From contig NZ_LT934425.1 of NCBI RefSeq assembly GCF_900232105.1, positions 3,420,001 to 3,452,000 on the forward strand: DNA of 32,000 nucleotides. Direction: 5' to 3'. Positions 25,908 through 32,000 of this stretch are shown here, in pieces (the stretch's first letter is position 1; the number at the start of each line of letters is the position of its first letter). The position numbers were made by a program, and so were the translations under genes. This stretch comes from Candidatus Kuenenia stuttgartensis (GTDB taxonomy: Bacteria; Planctomycetota; Brocadiia; Brocadiales; Brocadiaceae). Under the pieces are notes generated by a model. It did no database searches and was not told the origin of the DNA. It saw nothing but the letters and a program-made list of their open reading frames with translations.

Positions 25908-25953
25908 AAAAGGAATTTTTTTATATTATTCAAGTGATAGTTAACAGGGAAAT

Positions 25954-27555
25954 TTAATCGAAATAGCCAAGGTCCGTAAGCCGTTCTGCGATCTTTTGGC
26001 TGTCTTCATCGGAATAAACATCTTCATCTTCCGCTGCAAATGCACACGCTTTATCATCGTATTTCGCTGATTTTTCAGCAAGGAACTCTTCGGTAAATAT
26101 CTCATTTAAAATTCTTCCGTCTATAGAATTTGGCACAGTAACATCCATTGTGTAAAGTACGGTAGGCAAAAGATCGATGATTTCAGCCTTCATGTTTGTA
26201 ATGCCCTTTTTTACATGGGGAGATTTGTATACGAATATTCCATTCGGCGCATGATCTCCACACAATTGTTTGTAAGGTTGAATGACGCCGTGTCTCCCTC
26301 CGGATCTCAGTTTTTCGTAAAGAGTTTTTATGCTGTTATATTTCTCATTCCACATGATGATGAGATCCGGCGCCTTATCTAAATATTCACCGTAAAAAAC
26401 CTCCTCTTTCCTGAAAATAGTTTTAATTACAGGTTTTCCATTTTCAGGATCGGCAAGAAGACTCAGCTTACGTATGATTTCTTCCCTTATTGATTCATAC
26501 TCTTCCCCAAGGCTTACAATGCCATAGGGTTCTTTTCCTTTTACATTGATAAAAATGTTTCCCCATGTACCGAGGAAATAGGCGCGTGTTTTTGACCAGT
26601 CAATATAGTGGTCAAACAGGATTTTATCCGCTTTTTTCAGATACCTTCTTTTTAACCTCTTATAGAAATCTTTTATTTTTAAAACAGGAGATTCTTTCTT
26701 TAAAACAAGGAACCCGTTTTCAAGCAACCATCGGTTTACATCAACGCTTTTATATATTCCATGCATGCCGTGATCGGACATGGCAATAATGCTCGTTGAT
26801 TCGTCTACCTTATCCAGGAGCCTGCCAATAGCATCGTCAACCCTTTTGTAAATAGTATATATAGCATTCTCCGTCCCTGGGGAATATCCAGGGTGTTTTT
26901 TGTCGTAATATCTCCAAAAAGAATGCTGCACCCTGTCTGTTGCAGTAAATACAACCATAAAAAAATCAACCGGGTATTTTTCCATCATGTAGAGGGCCGT
27001 CTTTTCCCGCGCCTCTATCATGTCAATCATATGAGCAATATATTTTCCAGGGTTGTTCATTAAAGCCGGGTTGTGCTCCATATCAACAATATAATTACCT
27101 ATTGCCGCCTTTAATTCGTTTTTTAATGCTCCGGGATAGGTAAATTCGCTGTTTGTATCCGGTGTATCTAAACCGGAAATCATAAACCCGTTAACCTTAT
27201 CAGGCGGGTATGTGCCTGGAATATTTATTATTGTTGTTGTATAGCCTTCCTGATTAAGATACCGCCAGATAGGCTGCGCTTTGCAATGGGTTCTGTTCAT
27301 GAAATGAATACTTTGGTCTGTTTTCGATTTTTCTATAAAATCAAATATCCCATGTTTCCCTGGATTTACGCCGGTAAAGAAAGAAGGCCATGCTACAGGA
27401 CTTACCGGCGGTACAGAAGATTCCAGGACGCCGGAACACCCATTGTCTATCAATGATTTTAAATGCGGCAACCTTCCCTGTTCCAGCCATGGGGCAACAA
27501 TATCAAAAGTTGCGCCGTCAATGCCTATTACAAAAACCTTTTCATTATTCTTCAT
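25954..27555 (-). CDS. Alkaline-phosphatase-superfamily protein (type I phosphodiesterase / nucleotide pyrophosphatase family)
   Basis: 533 aa. Reads VFVIGIDGATFDIVAPWLEQGRLPHLKSL, VPPVSPVAWPSFFTGVNPGKHGIFDF (metal/nucleophile region) and MSDHGM. No signal peptide is evident. Confidence 0.75.
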   Translation of the reverse strand: MKNNEKVFVIGIDGATFDIVAPWLEQGRLPHLKSLIDNGCSGVLESSVPPVSPVAWPSFFTGVNPGKHGIFDFIEKSKTDQSIHFMNRTHCKAQPIWRYLNQEGYTTTIINIPGTYPPDKVNGFMISGLDTPDTNSEFTYPGALKNELKAAIGNYIVDMEHNPALMNNPGKYIAHMIDMIEAREKTALYMMEKYPVDFFMVVFTATDRVQHSFWRYYDKKHPGYSPGTENAIYTIYKRVDDAIGRLLDKVDESTSIIAMSDHGMHGIYKSVDVNRWLLENGFLVLKKESPVLKIKDFYKRLKRRYLKKADKILFDHYIDWSKTRAYFLGTWGNIFINVKGKEPYGIVSLGEEYESIREEIIRKLSLLADPENGKPVIKTIFRKEEVFYGEYLDKAPDLIIMWNEKYNSIKTLYEKLRSGGRHGVIQPYKQLCGDHAPNGIFVYKSPHVKKGITNMKAEIIDLLPTVLYTMDVTVPNSIDGRILNEIFTEEFLAEKSAKYDDKACAFAAEDEDVYSDEDSQKIAERLTDLGYFD

Positions 27556-27598
27556 AAAATACCTTTACGAGTTTGAAACTGCATAAAATACTTTTGCG

Positions 27599-27627
27599 TT
27601 GCATGGTAAATAAATAATTGCTATAAA
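27599..27627 (+). promoter_or_regulatory. Candidate sigma70-type promoter for the flippase gene (weak call)
   Basis: TTGCAT (27599-27604), a 17-nt spacer, then TATAAA (27622-27627), ~160 nt upstream of the 27789 ATG in the divergent intergenic region. Such matches arise easily by chance in AT-rich DNA. Confidence 0.2.
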
Positions 27628-27788
27628 GCTTAAAAGTCAAACGGCAATCCGTAACAGATACTGTTTTTAGCAGATATTTTTTTACTTTTGGAGATGTACT
27701 GTATCTGGATTGTATGAAGCGGCGAATATAACACAATTCCCAAAGACATTCCATTTTATATTTACATTTTCAGAATTATAACCAGAAT

Positions 27789-29159
27789 ATGTATCCTGCG
27801 CATATAACTCCCTCCAAAATAATCCATAAATTTATTGCTAAATTAAGCGATATCAATCTGCGTGAACTTCTTAAAAGCGGTTTTGTTTCTTTTGTTTTCA
27901 AGATCTCGGGAATACTGGCTTCTTATTTATTAATGTTGTTAATTACGAGGAAATATGGCGCTCATACCGCAGGGATATTCACCCTTTTTATTACATTTTT
28001 GAATATTTGCACCGTATTGGGCAGGCTTGGAATAGAGACTACATTATTAAGATTTATCGCCGAATATTCTTCTCAAAACAAAAATGCTCTTATTGCCGAT
28101 ATTTATGTGAAAGCGCTGAAAATAATTATTCCCGTTAGTGTTTTTATCAGTATCCTTTTATATTTCCTTTCTCCCTATATTGCCAGAAACCTGTTTAACA
28201 AAACATACCTGTCTGCATATTTTCAGATAGTATCATTCATGATACTTCCAATGGTTATTATCTTTATAAATTCAGAAAGTTTGCGGGCGCTGAAGAAGAT
28301 TAAAGAATACGCATTTTTACAGGACCTGGCCATACCACTTTTTTCAGTGTTCCTACTGGTGATATTTCTCTTTTTCAGCAGAGGGAAATATATGCCGTTT
28401 GCTGCATATGCTGTAAGTATTTCTATGGTATTTTTTCTGTCGGTATTCCTATGGCTGAAGAAATTAAACGTTACTCGTGTGTTACCTGAAGCAGGCATGA
28501 AATACACAACTCTCTTTACTATATCATTGCCTATTTTAATATCGAACTCGTTATGTTTATTTATGGGATGGACGGATAAAATACTGCTTGGCGCTTTTAA
28601 AACGGAAAGTGATGTGGGAATTTACAATGTCGCTTTCAGATTATCAATGCTGGCAAGCATTCCCCTTTTCGCATTTAATAGTATTGCCGCGCCTAAGTTT
28701 GCCCAATTTTATGGGAATGGCGATATTGCATCCCTTGCAAAACTAGCCCGGCAGGTAACAAAACTTATTTTCTGGGTAACAACCCCAATACTGATTATGT
28801 TTTTTGTATTTCCATCATTTTTTCTCAAAATCTTTGGTGAAGAATTTGGGGCAGGGAAAAACGCCTTAATAATGATGACTGCCGGGCAGATGGTAAATAT
28901 CATGTCGGGTCCCGTTGCATATATTTTAAACATGACGGGAAAACAAAAAATTTTCCGTAATATAATGTTTCTGGTAGCAATAATAAATATCACACTCAAT
29001 GTATGGCTTATTCCTAAATATGGTATAAGCGGCACTGCATTTACAAATATGGTGAGTGTTATGCTGTTAAATATCTTGCTCTTTATTGCTGTCAGGTATT
29101 ATTATAAATTCTCTACCTTTTCAATTACCAACGTTTTTAATATAAAGAGAGGGGCATGA
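27789..29159 (+). CDS. Wzx-type polysaccharide flippase (MOP/MATE-like superfamily)
   Basis: 456 aa with ~12 hydrophobic segments, and the size and pattern of the polysaccharide biosynthesis protein family (..GIYNVAFRLS.., ..GISGTAFTNMVS..). Confidence 0.75.
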   Translation: MYPAHITPSKIIHKFIAKLSDINLRELLKSGFVSFVFKISGILASYLLMLLITRKYGAHTAGIFTLFITFLNICTVLGRLGIETTLLRFIAEYSSQNKNALIADIYVKALKIIIPVSVFISILLYFLSPYIARNLFNKTYLSAYFQIVSFMILPMVIIFINSESLRALKKIKEYAFLQDLAIPLFSVFLLVIFLFFSRGKYMPFAAYAVSISMVFFLSVFLWLKKLNVTRVLPEAGMKYTTLFTISLPILISNSLCLFMGWTDKILLGAFKTESDVGIYNVAFRLSMLASIPLFAFNSIAAPKFAQFYGNGDIASLAKLARQVTKLIFWVTTPILIMFFVFPSFFLKIFGEEFGAGKNALIMMTAGQMVNIMSGPVAYILNMTGKQKIFRNIMFLVAIINITLNVWLIPKYGISGTAFTNMVSVMLLNILLFIAVRYYYKFSTFSITNVFNIKRGA

Positions 29160-29201
29160 GTTTCAGAGCAAAAGCTGACAGATTCTGCCACACCCCATAT
29201 T

Positions 29202-30047
29202 TTAGTTCACAGGGATGTTAATTGTGGTTCCGCCGCCAGCATCTGTTTTGCCATGTGTCAATACGTCCTTTACCTGCGGATATAAAATTATACCGCTTTC
29301 AAAACCAATGATAGTGCTGATTATTTGCTGAAAATAAGAAAAATACCTTGCGACGTTTGCGATAACCATTGTTGGCACAAATATTATATCCCCGTGTTCC
29401 AGCATCATATTTTGAGAAAAATCCCCCTTCTTCCACACATCTTTTGTATTTAAGGCGTAAATCGTTGGTTTGCCTTCACCCCGTCTCATTAAAATTACAT
29501 TTTCCAGTTTTGCGTTGCTTGTTGCTCCGCCTGCCCTGGAAATCGCTTCTATAACACTGATGTCCGTATCAAGCACAAAAAATCCAGGAGAATTAACCTC
29601 TCCGATCACGATGGTCTTTTTACTTTGTATGCTGGTAACATTAACCAGTACCTGCGGATCGACAATATAATGGGATAGCCTTTTTTCCAATTGTTCTCTG
29701 AGGTCAAAGGCGCCGACACCGGCAACCTGCACGTCTCCGATTAACGGGAACATGATTTTTCCCGAATTGTTTACCCTTACGGATCTTTGAAGATCGTCAT
29801 GCCGGTAAACGGAGATTTCCACTGAATCGCCTACTCCCAGTATAAACTGGGATATCTTTATCGTATTTAACCGTTCGAATTCTTCACCTTGATCTACAGG
29901 CGCTGCAGGATTTTCGACGACAGGCTTTACCCCTGTGGAGGCGCAACCGTTTAAAAAAACTAAAAGCAAGATGAATGCTGTCAACAGCATCGGAGTGGTG
30001 CATTTTTCTTTGTCATACGTAACTGCACAAGTATTTACCGTTTTCAT
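29202..30047 (-). CDS. Polysaccharide export lipoprotein (Wza-family; Poly_export + SLBB domains)
   Basis: 281 aa. Has a lipobox (LVFLNGCAS), FILGVGDSVEISVY (Poly_export motif), GKIMFPLIGDVQVAG and VIGEVNSPG (SLBB). Confidence 0.8.
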   Translation of the reverse strand: MKTVNTCAVTYDKEKCTTPMLLTAFILLLVFLNGCASTGVKPVVENPAAPVDQGEEFERLNTIKISQFILGVGDSVEISVYRHDDLQRSVRVNNSGKIMFPLIGDVQVAGVGAFDLREQLEKRLSHYIVDPQVLVNVTSIQSKKTIVIGEVNSPGFFVLDTDISVIEAISRAGGATSNAKLENVILMRRGEGKPTIYALNTKDVWKKGDFSQNMMLEHGDIIFVPTMVIANVARYFSYFQQIISTIIGFESGIILYPQVKDVLTHGKTDAGGGTTINIPVN

Positions 30048-30114
30048 TTGAGTGTAACCTTTTTGTTAATTGTAATAGTTCACTTTGAATGTAAATTTAC
30101 GAATATGTATTCGG

Positions 30115-30141
30115 CATAATACAGGTCGCTCCTACGGAGCT
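30115..30141 (+). repeat. Short hairpin repeat, family 2, copy A
   Basis: CATAATACAGGTCGCTCCTACGGAGCT, with a GCTCC-TAC-GGAGC hairpin core. It lies 24 nt upstream of copy B in the same orientation. Confidence 0.6.
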
Positions 30142-30165
30142 TTCTTTCTATTTTTGCACTAATCT

Positions 30166-30192
30166 CTACAAACAGATCGCTCCTATGGAGCT
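30166..30192 (+). repeat. Short hairpin repeat, family 2, copy B
   Basis: CTACAAACAGATCGCTCCTATGGAGCT. It matches the reverse complement of 9958..9985 in the CTACAAA prefix and the CGCTCCTA.GGAGCT core. Confidence 0.65.
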
Positions 30193-30332
30193 AATAGATA
30201 ATATGTTTTTCAAAAACTAAATTGATACTTGGATTTTAACTTTAAATATTTTGCCAGAAAATGCAAAGAAATTACTTATAAGATATTAAATCTTACTTTA
30301 TTAACCAGGGAAACTTAGCATGACGTCATCGA

Positions 30333-31493
30333 TTATATATGTATTAAAATCTTTCCATCTGTCCTTTCGGAAGAAGCCTTGATTGCCTCCATTATTCCTG
30401 CAAAAGGGTATCTTGCAGTGATCATTTTGTCCAGCTTAAGCCGCCCGGTTGCGATAAGTTTAATAATGGAAGGAAAGATTGCGTATCCTGAATGCCCTCT
30501 TGCCCCAACAATTTTATTTGCGCCGGATACAAGATGATCCAGATGCATCGATGTTGTTGTCGCCGCGCGTCCAAGGTATATTATTTTACCGTTAATCGCC
30601 ATGGATTTTTCCATTTCGGGAATGGTGGCAGGTGCTGCACCGGCTGCTTCTATTTGTATATCAGCGCCCCAGCCTTTTGTTATCTCCATTACCTTTTCTC
30701 CGGAAAGACAATCGCGCATTTTATTTGTGTTAAAAGCGTAGTCTGCCCCCATCTCTAATGCAATATTCGCCCTTTCATCTATTATGTCAAAGGCAATAAT
30801 CTGGCTTGCGCCTGCAATCTTTGCTAATGCAATAGCGCCTAATCCAATAGGGCCTGTGCCATATACGACTACCGTGGCACCAGGCTGAAATCCGCCCCCA
30901 ACAATAAACAGCCCATTGTATGCGCAGCCCACAGGTTCAATAAGGGCGCCAATATCAAATGCCTCGTCTTCTGAATATATTTCCCGAAAATCATTAATTT
31001 CCCAGCAATATCTTTCATTTATTGCAATATATTCCGCAAAAGCGCCGTCTGCGCTTAATCCCATTAATTTGATATATTTGCATTGATTGGGCGAACCACT
31101 CCTGCATGCATGGCACATGCCGCACCACATAATGCTTTCAGCGGCGATCCAATCGCCTTTACTGACGTTTCGCACATTTTTACCTGTCTGTTCCACTATT
31201 CCAGACAACTCATGTCCGATGATGCGGGGGAGTTCCGTCACGCCTGAGAATATGATATATCCGTCTTTATCAGTTTCGTAAAGATGGGTATCTGATCCGC
31301 AGATTCCGCAGCTTTTTATTCGCACAAGAATTTCGTCGTCTTGCAGGTTAGGTACCGAAACGTCTTTTACTTCAAATTGCGTATGCTGCCATACCTGGCT
31401 ACCCACATTTGCCCGTTTTTTGGCCTGTTCTTCATTGCTTAACGGGTAGTTCTTTCTGGGATTCCATTCTCCATCCACAATCAGCGCTTTCAT
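30333..31493 (-). CDS. Zinc-dependent medium-chain dehydrogenase/reductase (polyol/threonine-dehydrogenase-like)
   Basis: 386 aa. Reads CGICGSDTH, GHELSGIV, structural-zinc cysteines CGMCHACRSGSPNQC, and the NAD(P) fold VVVYGTGPIGLGAI. Confidence 0.85.
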   Translation of the reverse strand: MKALIVDGEWNPRKNYPLSNEEQAKKRANVGSQVWQHTQFEVKDVSVPNLQDDEILVRIKSCGICGSDTHLYETDKDGYIIFSGVTELPRIIGHELSGIVEQTGKNVRNVSKGDWIAAESIMWCGMCHACRSGSPNQCKYIKLMGLSADGAFAEYIAINERYCWEINDFREIYSEDEAFDIGALIEPVGCAYNGLFIVGGGFQPGATVVVYGTGPIGLGAIALAKIAGASQIIAFDIIDERANIALEMGADYAFNTNKMRDCLSGEKVMEITKGWGADIQIEAAGAAPATIPEMEKSMAINGKIIYLGRAATTTSMHLDHLVSGANKIVGARGHSGYAIFPSIIKLIATGRLKLDKMITARYPFAGIMEAIKASSERTDGKILIHI

Positions 31494-32000
31494 ACATGCT
31501 CCAGGATTAAACTGTTTTTATTTATTTTACCGCTGCCGCTTTTGGGGATATCTTTCCTGATTTCGATTATTCTTGGGAGTTTATAATGAGGCAACCGGTC
31601 TTTACAAAAATTCAGGATTTCGTGTTCTTTTACATTCTCCCCCGGCTGAAGCACGGCAACTGCCTTTGGTATTTCTCCCCTCAATCTGTCTTTTACAGAA
31701 ATAACCGCTATTTCTTTTATAGAAGGATGTTCCAGCAAAACGCGCTCAATTTCCTGCGGATACACCTTTAATCCGGCGACCTTCATCATCCCCGATTTTC
31801 TCTCTATAAAATAAAAATAGCCGTTTTCGTCCTTCATTCCAAGGTCGCCGCTGTGGTACCATCCGTCTTGAGAACAGGTATTGCCGGCATTGCCATAATA
31901 ATTTTGCACAACTGCCGGTCCTTTGAAGATCATCTCTCCGATTTCTCCATGAGTAAGTTCATTATTATTTTCGTCAACAATTTTTATCTCATATGTTGGA
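31490..32000 (-). CDS. Acyl-CoA synthetase / AMP-binding enzyme, C-terminal part (5' end outside the window)
   Basis: The frame of ORF 31490..31933 stays open to the window edge (..PTYEIKIVDENNNELTHGEIGEMIFKGP..). Motifs are DGWYHSGDLG, YFYFIERKSGMMKVAGLKVYPQEIE and IPKSGSGKINK. The stop overlaps the dehydrogenase start (ATGA, 31490-31493). Confidence 0.85.
   Translation of the reverse strand, partial: PTYEIKIVDENNNELTHGEIGEMIFKGPAVVQNYYGNAGNTCSQDGWYHSGDLGMKDENGYFYFIERKSGMMKVAGLKVYPQEIERVLLEHPSIKEIAVISVKDRLRGEIPKAVAVLQPGENVKEHEILNFCKDRLPHYKLPRIIEIRKDIPKSGSGKINKNSLILEHV

Noticed and set aside
27545-27754. A 69-aa minus-strand ORF in the divergent intergenic region, and the 64-aa ORF 10641..10835
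   Set aside because: Both are AT-rich intergenic sequence with no RBS or motifs. The first overlaps the true start of the alkaline-phosphatase-family gene.

Overview
AT-rich bacterial chromosomal window with two distinct parts; the organism cannot be determined from the sequence alone. (1) 1..~9.9 kb is a decayed, more GC-rich Type III-like restriction-modification locus colonised by mobile DNA. A mod methyltransferase gene is cut at its 5' side by an IS630-family element that runs off the left edge. It also carries a 75-nt hairpin repeat, and a ~2.0 kb group II intron (RT/maturase, no endonuclease domain) sits inside that repeat. Between mod and res lie two KilA-N gene remnants, an IS1634-family element with 27-bp inverted repeats, and a GxxExxY (PD-(D/E)XK-like) gene flanked by the same 10-nt-periodic hairpin repeat. 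The res helicase-nuclease gene is frameshifted. (2) ~10..32 kb holds a GNAT acetyltransferase, ahcY and a MoaD/ThiS-like sulfur carrier ending GG-CQL, followed by a ~17 kb surface-glycan locus (13.3..30.0 kb). That locus has Wzx flippase, a Wzy_C-domain membrane protein, a Wzc/GumC-like co-polymerase with a degenerate P-loop, and a Wza exporter. Unusually, it also has three B12-binding radical SAM enzymes, only one glycosyltransferase (GT9 heptosyltransferase-like), an LpxL-like acyltransferase and an alkaline-phosphatase-superfamily enzyme. It also encodes a secreted clan GH-A-like hydrolase with two Gly/Pro/Gln/Met-rich inserts and an in-frame C-terminal four-helix-bundle (23S-IVS/Avd-like) domain. 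The right edge has a Zn-dependent dehydrogenase translationally coupled to a partial acyl-CoA synthetase. The best candidates for undescribed biology are the radical-SAM-rich glycan operon with its GH-four-helix-bundle fusion, and the hairpin repeats that appear to serve as landing pads for the intron and the GxxExxY gene. All family assignments come from motif recognition by eye; no database search was run.
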